Origin: Octopus sinensis
Taxonomy: Eukaryota
Reading direction: 5' to 3'
Length of the DNA stretch: 64,000 bases
Assembly (NCBI RefSeq): GCF_006345805.1
Contig: NC_043012.1
Span: 29,512,001 to 29,576,000, forward strand
The notes under the pieces are model-generated. The model was not told the origin of the DNA. It did not search any database and saw only the letters and a list, made by a program, of their open reading frames with translations. Every line of letters begins with the position of its first letter. Position 1 is the stretch's first letter. Below, in pieces: positions 11,830 to 25,100 of this stretch. The translations under genes and the position numbers were made by a program.

Positions 11830-12036
11830 TACATGATGTCAAGACAAGGAGACATACACACACACGTGTGTGTATGTATGTGTGTGTCTTCTTTCTGTTT
11901 GCCAAATCTACTCACAAGGTATTGGTTGGCCCAGGACTACAGCAGAAGACATTTATCCAAGATATCATGCAGTGGGACTGAACCCAGAACCATGTGGTTG
12001 GGAAGCAAACTTCTTACCACACAGCCATTCCTGTGC
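11830..12036 (-). mobile_element. SINE family B, degenerate
   Basis: gcagtgggactgaacccagaaccatgtggttgggaagcaaacttcttaccacacagcca. Confidence 0.8.
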
Positions 12037-12706
12037 CTAGGTGTACTCAACCCACAGCTTTTTCCTCTTATTACTCCCTGACTCTCCCTTACTAACAACT
12101 CCTATCACCACAACTCTTTCCCTTGCATTACTCTTTTCCCTAACACTGACCCTGTTAGTTTCTCCTCTAACACCCTCTGCCAACCCCTAAACCTGTTCCT
12201 CCAATCATTCTTTAACCTCTCAGCACCCCACCTAAAGTCACCACCCTTTCTCTTCTTCTCCCTGTGTGACATGAGACTTCTTTAGTCTTGCAAGGTGCAA
12301 GGTGACCTCACCAGTGCGGGTGCCACAAAAGTCTGCACCCAATCCACTTTTTAATGTGGTTGGCATTATTAATGACACCAAGACACTGGAGGAACACCTG
12401 TTGACTCTTGTCAAACTGTTCAACCCGTACAAGCATGGAAAGCACACATAAAAGATATGTCTGATGTATATACATTTCTATGCAAGTGTGTATAAACATC
12501 TATGTGTCTACATGCATGCACATTGATGCACACACACATACATAATGAGTGTGTTTATATCTGTGTGGCCCCTGTTGTAAAGTATAATATATATATATAT
12601 CTATATATATATATATATATACTTATATATGCATATATATATATATATATATATATTACTTATATGCATATATATATATATTATATATATATATACTTAG
12701 ATATGC

Positions 12707-12738
<32 letters not shown>

Positions 12739-12831
12739 CTTATATATGCATATATATATATATATATATATATTATTAATACTTATATGCATATTATATA
12801 TATATATATATATTATAACTTATATATATAG

Positions 12832-12865
<34 letters not shown>

Positions 12866-13313
12866 ATATATATACATGCACAGACATACACACAGATGTA
12901 CAAAGGGCAGTATTATATATATATAAAAAAAACCCACCCAAACAGTTAATTTGTACTTCCATTGAGATGCAATGGTTTTTAGCCCGTTCCCCCACCTCCA
13001 GTTGTATAACGATACCTTAATAACGATAGCTTAATTACTCTCTTCCTATTTTGTTTCACTAATTGACACCTCACACTGTCTCCATCACACCTCTCTCTCT
13101 CTAGTCCAGATTGTATACACACACACACATTTGTGTATGTTTCTGGATATTTGTGTGTGCCTGTGTGTATATACATATATATATTATATACTGTATATTT
13201 ATATATATTACGTACATATATGTATATATGGTGTATATTATATAAATATATATATGTATATATGGTGTATGTTATATAAATATATATATATATGCGTCTG
13301 TGTGTGTTTATGC

Positions 13314-13372
<59 letters not shown>

Positions 13373-13510
13373 TACATACATGGGCACACAGCCACACACA
13401 CACGTGTATAAGCAGCAAACAGAAGTTTTTGTAGTATGAAAGGTTTGTGAATCTATGTGTGTGTGTGTGTGTGTGCATGCATGCATATTACATACATACA
13501 TACATATATA

Positions 13511-13562
<52 letters not shown>

Positions 13563-14091
13563 TACATAAACATAAATAATGATTATTCACTAATAATCAG
13601 GTAATTATTTCACAATTACAGCCATAAAGGTGCAACCCAGAGACTAGGACAAGGACTGGAGATGGGTGAGGGGGAGACAGATGAAGAGGAGAGGTTGAGG
13701 GAGAGGAGACAACAGTGATGTAGTGGTGAAGGAGAGAGAATGAGTTGACAATAGAGATAGGCAGAGGGATGGGAGGAGTAGACCACAAAGAGAGAGCTGG
13801 AAGCAGACAGGAGGAGGGATATCATAGGGGTCAAGTAAACCAGAGTTAGAGAGAGAGGATGAGAGAGGGGATGAGGAGTGGGGAGAGGTTGAGTTGTATT
13901 ATTTCCTGGTTCAGTGCAACTATTGTCATTAGCATGATTTCAGCCCCCCCCACTCCACCCCACTCACTCTCTCTCTGTCTCTTTACTTCTTCCTTACACT
14001 CTCCCCCTTGATGGAGGATTGTAGGGTGGAGGGATGATGGCTATCATATGTATGATTGTGAGTGATGATGACCAGCCATGTTAGTCTTGGT

Positions 14092-14350
14092 CAGTGGTTC
14101 ACAACCAGGCTGCCCCATATGACCCTCGAGGGTCCACATAAGATCCTCTTGTTAAAATATATTCTTTTATTCTTTTACTTGTTTCATTCATTTAACTGTG
14201 GCCATGCTGTTGCACTGCCTTTTAGTCCAACGAATCAACACTGTAACTTATTCTTTGTAAGCCTAGTACTTATTCTATCAGTCTGTTTTGCCAAACTGCC
14301 AAGTTACAGGGACACACCAACATCGGTTGTCAAGCAATGGTGGGAGGGGG

Positions 14351-14394
<44 letters not shown>

Positions 14395-14742
14395 AGCTTC
14401 TTTCAGTTTCTGTCTGCCAAATCCGCTCATAAGGCTTTGGTTGACCCGAGACTTCAGTAGAAGACACCTACCCAAGGTGCGACACAGTGGAACTGAACTT
14501 GGGACAATGCAGTTGGGAAGTAACCTTCTTCCCACACAGCCATGCCTGCACCTATGTGCACATAGGTGCAATGGGAAGTTGGTTTTACTTCTACAAAAAA
14601 CAATTTTTTTTATACAATTCCTAATAATATTGAATTCTAGAAATATAATAGGGATTTTTCAACATCGAATGGCTCTGAGAGTCCACCCAAGCAAAACAGG
14701 AATCAATGGGGGTCAGAGTTAAAAAATGGTTGAGAGGCTATG
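14092..14742. mobile_element. hAT-Charlie-like MITE interrupted by a SINE
   Basis: Left end CAGTGGTTCACAACC, right end GGTTGAGAGGCTATG, resembling CAGTGGTTCTCAAC-type TIRs. Confidence 0.55.
14163..14550 (-). mobile_element. Full-length SINE family B
   Basis: Both head and ttttacttgtttca tail present; reverse of the 22995-23390 copy. Confidence 0.85.
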
Positions 14743-15791
14743 ACTGACAGGTGGGTGGACTGTGGTCAAAGACTGGACTACATTAATTCAGTACATGGAC
14801 TGATTTGTGGACTGAGAGTGAAGCACATTGGTGTGATAGGTGTCACTCACAACTAAGTAAGCAGTTTTGATGGACTTTGGTCTGAGACTAAACTGCACTA
14901 ATTTGGTAGCTGTTACTGATGGTGGACTCACTGATGAATTTTGGTCAAAGACTGAACCATGTTGCTTAAGATATTGTAGGTCCTTGAGTTACAAGGACCA
15001 TGAGAACCCCCAGTGATATTGTCAATAAATTTTCTCATGTTTGGTGGCCCTTCCGCTGATAGAGGTCTTGTATTTGTTATCTGTTGCTGAGAGTTAGGTA
15101 TATGAAGCTCATTGATTTGATATCTCTTACTGACAGCTAAGGGAACTGATTGGGAGACTGTGGTGTGTGTGTGTGTGTGTGTGTGGTTATGAGTCCTGTC
15201 TGCAATAACAACACGAGTTGTGAATGAAATTAAGCAAGCGGAAATTGTGCAGAAACCTGGTCATCTCTAGAGCCATGTCTCTGGGGAGTCAAGCAGTGAT
15301 GAAGATGGATGTCCCAGAGGTGGCAGTTCAGAGGAGAGTGAGGAAGAATGAGGTTGTGTTTAGTGTTGAGTCTGAGAGATGTGACATAGTAAGAGTGATG
15401 GGTTGAAGGGAGACAAGGACTGAAGTTGTGGTAGAGTGGGGTGGGAAGAGAGAGAGTGAGACATGACTGAGGTGAGCCTGGGTGGAGGGAGTGTGAAGCA
15501 ACTAGTTGTGTGGAGCAGAGTCCATTGTGGTAGTGGTTGAAGGAGAAGCAGTAGTTGTCAATAACGACAAAGGATTCATTGCTTAGTTGCAAGGCACTGG
15601 CTTCCTAAAAGAAAACCCTTCAGGCTACAGGTGAGAAGAATATTTATATTACACACTTGACAATACATAGGGGCCATTTTGGGTACATGGGGGTTTCACG
15701 TATTCATCTATATACACACCTTCATACATACCCACACATAATTACACACACACACACATAATCGTCAAATACACACACACAAACACATTTG

Positions 15792-16566
15792 CTCTAGTTG
15801 GTTTGGCTGCCATCATTTCAAAAATTAAGTTTATTGAAAATTTTTTAATTTGGCACATTAATATACTTTTCCATGCTGAATTGCTGGAGTTATTTCACTT
15901 TTTCCAGAAAAATGTTTTAAAAAAGTTATAGAGATCATTTTCACCCACCCAGGAAACAGGATTTGGAAGCTGTCATTTTGTGCGTGACTGCACATTTTGT
16001 TGTCAACATCCAGAAAATAGCACATGTTGTCAAAAAAGAGTAAACATCATGTCTGTTGCAATAGCACAAACTTAAAAGATTTATCCAAAGACGTTATTTA
16101 GCTGTTGTTTTTAGCACACCTCATAACCACCTCAATGACAAAAAAAAACAAGTAAACAACATATATTTTGTAGTTTTAAGCATTCAATATGCATTTAATG
16201 CAAATGTGATAAACACATTACAATTTAAAGAACAAACATTTAAGCATTCAACAAATCACAATTTTCACATCTCCTGCACCACATAAATTCACACTTGACC
16301 AATTGTAAATACCTGCTTTCTCATAGACAAAAGAGTTAAAGAGTTTTCATGTTCCGCTTGTTACTATGGAAACAAGCATGAATGTGTCTGTGGCTTATGA
16401 TTGGCTAAAATTAACCCCAAATTTTCAAACTTTAACGGCTGATAACTTTTTATTTGATTTATAGCAAAAATGATTTTCATGTCATTCATTAGCCTATAAA
16501 AGTGTATCATTACACTGAATATGAAATCAATTCAAACCGAATTGATGCTGGCAGCCAAACCGAGAG
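15792..16566. mobile_element. Non-autonomous TIR DNA transposon (superfamily not assigned)
   Basis: Inverted ends ctcta..GGTTTGGCTGCCA / TGGCAGCCAAACCgagag; subterminal part resembles ~5940-6110. Confidence 0.65.
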
Positions 16567-17756
16567 GACCCCACACATTCATTCATACAAGATATACAAA
16601 CTACACCACACACACACATCTACACCTGTACATAGACATCAACACACATCTACATGCACAAACATCTTTCTATATTCACACACATACCTCACACACACAC
16701 ACCCATCCACATATACATTTTCACACATACATCTATATAAACACATCTACACACTCAGCACACATCTCTCTCTCTCTCTCACACACATACCGAATACATG
16801 TCAAAATGTCAGAAAAAAAAAAAGAACCACTTTCTTGAAATATCTCAGTTTTGGAAAAGAAAAAAAGCAAGTTTTTTTCCATCTCGGATGGGGTTAGCTA
16901 TGTCTACCAATAGCAACAATTACTTTACCAACTCCTTTCATAACCAACGCCACCACGATCTTTATAATACCACCACCACCATAACAAAACTACTATGACC
17001 ACAACCCCCACTGCCAAGTCTACTTTCACTATCAACAAATCCTACCCCAGCCACTACGCCTTCGATAATCACCGGTACAACAGCACCACTACCACAACAA
17101 CAACCACAAACTTTCACATTACCATCCCATCTTTCAACACCACCTCTACAATCACCACATCAGCACAATAACTCTCTGTATAGCAATACCACTCCCTCCA
17201 TGACCACCACCACAGCCACGACCACCCGTACCACATTATACCTCCAATTTAGTAGAAACCTAACCAGATATACCCAGTGAAAGCTCAATATAGCTTCATT
17301 GTATTTCACCCTTTTCTCTTACTACTAAGCTACCCAAATTTGCTACACACACACACACGTATTTATACACACGTGCATATATATATACATCCATATATAT
17401 ATAATATACATACAATTATATATATAAATATACATATATATGTATATAATATATGTATATATATATATATATATGATATATATATATGTATATATATGTA
17501 TATATATTATGTATATATATGTATAATATATGTAATATATGTATATATATATGTATATATATATGTATATTTATGTATGTATATATGTATATATATGTAT
17601 ATATATGTATATGTATATATATAGTATATATATATTATATATGTATATATTATATATATATATGTATATATATATGTAATATATATGCATATATTTTTTT
17701 TTTTTTTTGTACTTGTTCAGTCATTTGACTGCGGCCATGCTGGAGCACCGCCTTTA

Positions 17757-17922
17757 GAGTGGTGAAAGAGTACAGCAGGGATCACCACATCCCGCCGGAG
17801 CCTCGTGGAGCTTTTAGGTGTTTTTTCGCTCAATAAACACACACAACGCCCGGTCTGGGAATCGAAACCGCGATCCTCCGACCGCAAGTCCGCTGCCCTA
17901 ACCACTAGCCCATTGCGCCTCC
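17757..17922 (-). mobile_element. Young tRNA-derived SINE (distinct family D)
   Basis: Minus: GGAGGCGCAATGGGCTAGTGGTTAGGGCAGCGGACTTGCGGTCGGAGGATCGCGGTTTCGATTCC (A and B boxes) followed by a non-tRNA body. Confidence 0.85.
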
Positions 17923-18250
17923 ATATATGTATATATGCATATATATATATGTATATATGCATATATATGCATATATATATATGTATATATATATATACTT
18001 ATATATATATATATATATCTATGTATATATATGTGTATATATATATGTATATATATATGTATATATATATGTATATATATGTGTATTATATGTGTATATA
18101 TATATGTATATATATATGTATATATATGTGTATATATATATGTATATATATATGTATATATGTATATATATATGTATATATATATGTATATATATGTTAT
18201 ATATATGTATATATATGTTATATATATGTATAATATATATGTATATTATG

Positions 18251-18285
<35 letters not shown>

Positions 18286-18452
18286 GTATAATATATGTAT
18301 ATATGTATATGTCTATATATATTATATATATATGTATATATATGTATATGTATATTTATACTATATATGTAATTATATATATATATGTATATATATGTAT
18401 AATATATATATGTATATATATGTATATGTATATATATATGTATATATATGGT

Positions 18453-18484
<32 letters not shown>

Positions 18485-18747
18485 GTATATGTATTATATA
18501 TGTATATATGTATATGTATATATATATTGTATATATATGTATATATATATATGTATATATATGTATATGTATATAATATGTATATATTATATGTAATATA
18601 TATATGTATATATGTATATGTATATATATTGTATTATATGTATATGTTATATATATATATGTATATATGTTATATGTATAGTATATATATGTATATGTAT
18701 ATATATTGTATAGTATATATGTATATATATAATATATATAGTATATG

Positions 18748-18780
<33 letters not shown>

Positions 18781-18880
18781 GTATATATGATATATATATA
18801 TATATATGTATATATCTATATATATGTATACAATATATATGTATATATATACATATATATATATAAGTATATATATTATA
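17923..18880. repeat. ~950-bp compound (TA)/(TATG) microsatellite
   Basis: Directly visible. Confidence 0.97.
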
Positions 18881-19100
18881 TAATATTACTGCTCGTGGCT
18901 GTGGTTTCTGTACAGTTAGCTGTGCTAAAGTCCAAAGGAAGACTTACCTGTACACGCACACACTCACACACACATACACGCACTCACACTCACACGTATA
19001 CGTCTGCGTACGTACATGCTGCTGTTTTAATCTGTCTGAAGAATCAGTTCCTACTTCCTTGAAATTCAGAAGACTGCCTGCTCATGCTGCCACCACTATC

Positions 19101-19215
19101 ACCACCACCTTCATCGCCACCTCCACCACCACCTTCATCGCCACCTCCACCACCACCTTCATCACCACCTCCACCACCACCTTCATCGCCACCTCCACCA
19201 CCACCTTCATCACCA
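19101..19215. repeat. 24-bp tandem repeat (accaccaccttcatcgccacctcc) x~4.5
   Basis: Directly visible. Confidence 0.9.
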
Positions 19216-19747
19216 CTGCTATTTCGGCTCGGAAACCACAGAATTATGCACAATATTAGATTACAAATTACTAATATAGCTTCATTATCTTTCTGCTAGC
19301 AGCTTCATAGTTGAGTATATGTGAGTACAAAGATAAGAATAAAGATTCATGACTAAACTCTTGTGTTCTATAGAGTTTATTTCACTCTAAACAGGAGTAG
19401 ATACAAAAACCAAGCAAATAATAAAACAAAAAGCAAAATCAGATCGTTAACCAGAAAAGTTTTCTCCCCCCCACTTTTTTTTTCTTTTTTGTGTTTGTAT
19501 ATTTATAATTCTGTCAATGACTGCAATAATGTCCCAGATATTCCAGCTGACAACAATTGCAGACTGCTGAAAGTTTATTATTATTTACCAAATCTACTTC
19601 TTTTGCTAATTATCTCCGTGAGCAAAATTACGCCACTTAATAGCTAAACGTATGCGACATATGGGCGGTTATGTTTCACATAAATTCGACACTTGTTTGT
19701 GAAATAGTGTAATGGAAGACTTGCCCCTCGAAATAATAACGTGACTG

Positions 19748-19779
19748 ATGAAGACAAGCGAGACTGCTGGTTCTGGGAG
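19748..19779 (+). CDS. Candidate coding end of a plus-strand first or alternative exon (MKTSETAGSG..)
   Basis: ATG at 19748, donor GAG|GTTAGT at 19779/19780, at the end of a unique CpG-retaining island (~19440-19780) in a CpG-depleted background. Confidence 0.3.
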
Positions 19780-19978
19780 GTTAGTTGGTCTGTTACATAC
19801 TATCACAGAAACTAGACATTGTGTGTCACGAGATACTAGGGTTGATGTATCATAGTCTAGGCACAAACTGTAACATAAGACACTAGCTTGTCAGTCATGG
19901 CACAATCATTAAAAATTAACTGTGACATGACAAATACTGGGATAGTCATGTCACAAAACTAGGTACTGTGACAAGACC

Positions 19979-20203
19979 TATTTCTTTACTATCCACAAGG
20001 AGCTAAACACAGAGAAGACAAACAAGGACAGACACATGGATTAAGTCGATTATATCAACCCCAGTGCGTAACTGGTACTTGTTTAATTGACCCCAAAAGG
20101 ATGAAAGGCAAAGTCGACCTTGGCAGAATTTGAACTCAGAACGTAGCGGCAGACGAAATATCGCTAAGCATTTCACCCAGTGTGCTAACGTTTCTGCCAG
20201 CTC
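19979..20203 (-). mobile_element. SINE family A with 14-bp target-site duplication
   Basis: TSD actgtgacaagacc at 19965-19978 and 20204-20217. Confidence 0.92.
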
Positions 20204-20899
20204 ACTGTGACAAGACCAACATTAGGGTAACCCTGTCAAAGAACCAAATACTAACTGTGACATAACCAATATTATGATGGTCATTGTCCAAAGATTTAAT
20301 GCTAACTATAAAGTGTTAATTGTAAGATGACAGATGCCCAACTGGTCAGTCATAACATGCAGTACCACAAAACTAAGTCTTAAATATATGACACTGACCT
20401 AAAATGATTGTTACATGTTATCAAAAACTTGGTCTTAACTATAACAGTTGCATGTTGTTTGGCCCTAGGTCAGCCTTATTCCAAAACCTATGATTGATAG
20501 CATTCCAACTGTGACCATCTCATGCTTTTGCTTAAAGCAGGCCACATTGTCCAATGTATCCTTCCATGTTTTAAGATGATTGGGTATATGAGGAAGATTT
20601 GGTTGCTGTTTCTAGCAGATCAAACGACCATGTTGAGGCTTTCTCATTGTTTAATCCTAATTACATTGTGTAAGATATTGTAGATTGACAGGAACATGGT
20701 GTCAGGTAAATTAAACGTCTTCACCTTTTCACATACAAATTAAAATATGCTTGAAGCAAATTTAAATGAGTTCAGGACAAATTAAATTACTGGATATTTA
20801 GATAAAGCATTCAAGAGATTTATATTTTGAAGTTTTTGACTCTGGATTGATTCATTTCGAATTTGAATTTATTTCATCATTTGACGCAGTCCTGCAGTT

Positions 20900-21450
20900 C
20901 CATATTTAATAGTGGATGAGGGAAATTAGCCGCAAAGCAACAGAAGCTTGTCTCAAGCTCCAGATACTGATGTGTCAAGGGGTATCAAAACAGGGAAGTA
21001 AAAAGGGGACCCATACAAGAAGTCTGGATTTGGAACTCGTTTGCATGTTCTGTTTGCCACTGAACAAGAGAGTTGAGAATCCATTACTGCTGCATATGGT
21101 GTTAAGGAGACAACAGGATATAATTGAGGACAGCGAGACTCTCTGTCACCTTGACACTGTGAGGGGGTGTCCATGATGAAGTTAAAAAGATTGACCATAA
21201 AAATTTGGTGAGTCATCGTTTGTTGGGTGGTTAAATGAATGCCCACAATTAGCTATGAAGAATCTTGGTGAATATTTACATTCAATGCCAGTATTGATTG
21301 TGGCCCCAACAAACTATAGCAAGGTCTCTTGATGGTGGAACGATTTCATTGACACATTTACAGCCAGATTAACTTGGGTTTTGTATTTTCAAAATAATGA
21401 TTTCCATAAATTCTTGAAAGATATTTCAGTACTTATTCAAGAAATGTTAC
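20900..21450 (+). pseudogene. Possible highly decayed hAT (Charlie-like) transposase remnant
   Basis: Frameshifted peptides EGKLAAKQ and RSLDLELVCMFC..VENPLLLHMVLR loosely follow hAT REALAAK and RPLNSRLF..LC..LLLHTEVRW. Confidence 0.35.
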
Positions 21451-22892
21451 CTGTCAAGAGTAGAGTGTAATTTATTGCTTGTTAGATAAAGGTATCAAGA
21501 ATGTAGTTTCGTAGATTGGCAGGACCATTAAAGAATCAGAAAAATGTTTCGTGGTATTTGTTCTGACTCTTTATGTGCTGAGTTCAAATCCTACCAAGGT
21601 CAACTTTGGCTTTCATCCTTTCAAGGTTGATAAATCATCATCATCAACATCCATTTTCCATGCTGGCATCGGTTGGAGAGTTTGACAGGAACTGGCAAGC
21701 CAGAGAGTTACACCTGGTGCCAAATGATTTGGCATAGTTTCTACTGTTAGATGCCCTTTCTAATGCCAACCACTTTACGGGGTGTACTGGGTGCTTTTTA
21801 CATGGCACCCAAAGGGTTGCCAAGTAGCTTGCAAGAGAAAGACCTCAGCTGAGAGAAGGAACCAAGGGAAGTGGCTGTGAGTCCAGTGAGAGGTTAGAGT
21901 ACAAATAAGGCAACAAAAGAATAAATTTTTTAAGGCATTACCACTTTAGTAACCCTCTAAAATTTTGCTGACTTTGTGCCCTCCCACTCTTGCAACCCCA
22001 CCTATAATCTCTTTGTCTGTCATTCTCCCTCCCTTCCTCTCATCTATACTTTAACAATTTTATCTATCCACCTGGGTACTTATTTATCAACCTCCAAAAG
22101 GAGAAAAGATAATCAATGTCACTAAGCTGCTAGAAATAGCTCAACAATCAGTTGACATCACTTTTCAACCTATAGCTTGTCATCAGCATTTCGCTGGGTC
22201 TATTAGCTCAGTCCACCTGGGATGTAAATAGGCAACACGTTGGAAGTGGAGTACACTGCCAGGAATAACAGGACACGAAAGCCAAGGAGTGAATCTCACA
22301 TTACTCTGCTTTCTTCAACTCAACTTTTTTCTCTGGAATATTGTTAAGGAAGATGTATCTTGCTGGACATCCCCATCTGCCCTACATAGAGGTCACCTGC
22401 TGAGGATTGGTTGCGTCTGTGGTCAGAATACTTTTAGTCTCAGACTACAGTCTCTCTGGTTATGCAATCCATCAGATACAAGATCATTGTGATTCAGAAC
22501 CAGGCCACAGTCCACCACCAATCAGTTTAACTAGGAACATGTATGTCAACATGGCTGTGTATGTGCGTTCTATTTATGAAATGGCAGAAAAGTTACACAA
22601 GGGATTCATGGACTGAGACTTTTGTGCCTGGAACCTATCAAACCTTGATTTTATATATATATATATATATGGAGCCTGGTGCAGCCTCCATGGCTTACCA
22701 GACCCCAGTCGAACTGTCCAACTCATGCTAGCATGGAAAACGGACGTTAAATAATGATCATGATGAGATATATATATATATATGGAGAGAGAGAGAGAGA
22801 GAGATTTATACTCATACAAACACACACACACTGTGTATAGAATTCCATTATTACTGTTTGTTTCACCAAACTTCTCTCTCTTTCTCTCTCTT

Positions 22893-22940
<48 letters not shown>

Positions 22941-22994
22941 ATGTGACACACACATATACATAATATATTCATGATATATATACATATACACAAT

Positions 22995-23390
22995 GCAGGA
23001 GTGGCTGTGTGGTAAGTAGCTTGCTAACCAATCACATGGTTCCGGGTTCAGTCCCACTGCGTGGCATCTTGGGCAAGTGTCTTCTGCTATAGCCCCGGGC
23101 CGACCAATGCCTTGTGAGTGGATTTGGTAGACAGAAACTGAAAGAAGCCTGTTGTATATATGTATATATGTATAAGTGTGTGTGTGTGTTTGTGTGTCTG
23201 TGTTTGTCCCCCTAGCATTGCTTGGCAACTGATGCTGGTGTGTTTACGTCCCCGTCACCTAGCGGTTTGGCAAAAGAGACCGATAGAATAAGTACTGGGC
23301 TTACAAAGAATAAGTCCCGGGGTCAATTTGCTCGACTAAAGGTGGTGCTCCAGCATGGCCGCAGTCAAATGATTGAAACAAGTAAAAGAG
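22995..23390 (+). mobile_element. Full-length SINE family B (tRNA head, CORE-like cttgggcaagtg, internal TA/TG repeat)
   Basis: caggagtggctgtgtggtaag..gggttcagtccc..cttgggcaagtgtc..gaaacaagtaaaaga. Confidence 0.92.
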
Positions 23391-23696
23391 TATACACAAA
23401 TACACACATGCACACACACACATGCGCATAAGATATCCATGAGGTATGTATATGCATATATTTACACACACATGAATACCTAATATATGTGTGTGTGTAA
23501 TACAAAATATATAGTTATGTACACACACACACACATTCAAACCAACACGTACACACAAACACACCAACAGCCTACAAACAATTTCATTTGTTCCTTCTTG
23601 AAATGCTGTTATTTGTGGTAGACATATTTTTGTGGTGGCGGTATGATGTAGTTGGTGTGGTGGTGGTGGTAGTGGTGGTGGAGAGAGACTCTAGCT

Positions 23697-23731
<35 letters not shown>

Positions 23732-24509
23732 GCACTTGGTTCATTGAGAAGCTGTTATCAGTTAGTGAGACAACATATCTCAAGTTAGTTAAAAAGTTAT
23801 GTACTAACTCAGATATAATCGCACCTACTTAGAGGGAGGGAGAGTCCTTACTTCCCCACTTCTTTATTCCATACTTAACCTTGATGTGTACAGCGCCGGC
23901 ACACCACCACCACCATCACCACCACCCTCAGCACCACACCTCCTGCTCCTCCTCCTCCTCCTGCACTGGTGTGGTCTGGAGTTCTGCTGTGTGGTCTGGT
24001 TGTAAAGTGACAGTGGGGAGTGTTGTGTGGTCTGCTGTTGTGGTGTGATGTACTTTGTGATACGGAGTGGTATAGCAGTGTGTCTCTAGTGTGGTGTAGC
24101 CTGGTGCATTGTGTAGAGCAGTGTATGGTAGTGGTGGTATTGTGCTAGGTTAGTGTGGTGTGGTGTACTGTCCTCTATAGTGTGGTCCAGAACACTTGGT
24201 GGAGTGGTGTTTGGTTCTGGAGTGGTGTACTGGTGTGTTCTGATATATTTGTGATGTGGAGTGGCATTGTGATGTTTTTGTGCAGTATGGGTTACAGCAG
24301 GGAGTAGTGTCCTGATCTGTTGTGCTGTGTAACGATACATGAGTTAGTGTTGTGGTATATCCATGTGCAGTGTTGACCTGGTGCTCTGTGTGTTGTGGGC
24401 CCTTGTTCTGATTTGGTGTCTGGTGCACACCGCATGGCACGGTGGTTACTTTGGTCTGCACTTCAGAGTGGTCGGCTGTAATGTGATGTTGTAGAGCAAT
24501 GTACTGTGT

Positions 24510-25100
24510 ATTGTTGTTGTTTAGCCCCAGGTGTGCCCTGATTGAGCAGATCTGTGATTAAAGAAGTTCCAACCATGACCATCCCATCACTGACATACAA
24601 TGCCTCCATTATCCTGGACATATGTGTCTCTTTCTCTAGAAGACCATAAGATGTGAGCAGAGTGAGTCACATGATCACAAGGGTTTCATTTGGGTTCATG
24701 TGCTGCTGTTAGTGTTGACCCCTAATGAGAGCCAGTCTCGTTAGATCAAAATCATTCCAGTCTTGAACATTCTCTCTTTTCATGTATTTGTGACTATGTT
24801 GTTTCTGTGATTATTTTTTTTTATGTTAGGGTGCAGTCTGAGGGGTATTGGGTGCTATCTCTAACATGTCAAGCAGCTACATAATGGCAACCCTCTCATT
24901 CATTTATGTTGTTGGTGGTGGTGGTGTCTTCTGCATTGTTGCTGTTGTTTAACCTCAGGTTGGCCTTACTTGAGTAGCTCTGTGATCAAGGGCATTCCAG
25001 CTATGACCGTCCTTAGGAGTACATTATATAATGTGTCCATCTCTTTTTTAAGAGGGTCAGATGAGATTTAGGAGGGATTTGGCTGTTGTTTCTTGCAGGT
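24510..25100 (+). repeat. Cluster of an old interspersed repeat (family F)
   Basis: tttagccccaggt..ccctgattgagcagat..ttccaaccatgaccatc..gatttggctg recurs here and near 3970-4180, 20455-20650, 32820-33360, 35150-35480, 45320-45500, 61800-61985. Confidence 0.7.

Noticed and set aside
15224-15630. Possible exon or Penelope RT remnant with CAG|GTGAGA donor
   Set aside because: Stops in plus frames and only a vague NYCFSFN resemblance; not supportable.
17850-17922. tRNA gene
   Set aside because: A and B boxes present but no acceptor-stem closure; continues into a SINE body.
22289-22400. Tc1/mariner-like peptide LNFFLWNIVKEDV
   Set aside because: Single short motif resembling DFFLWG..K; too decayed to call.
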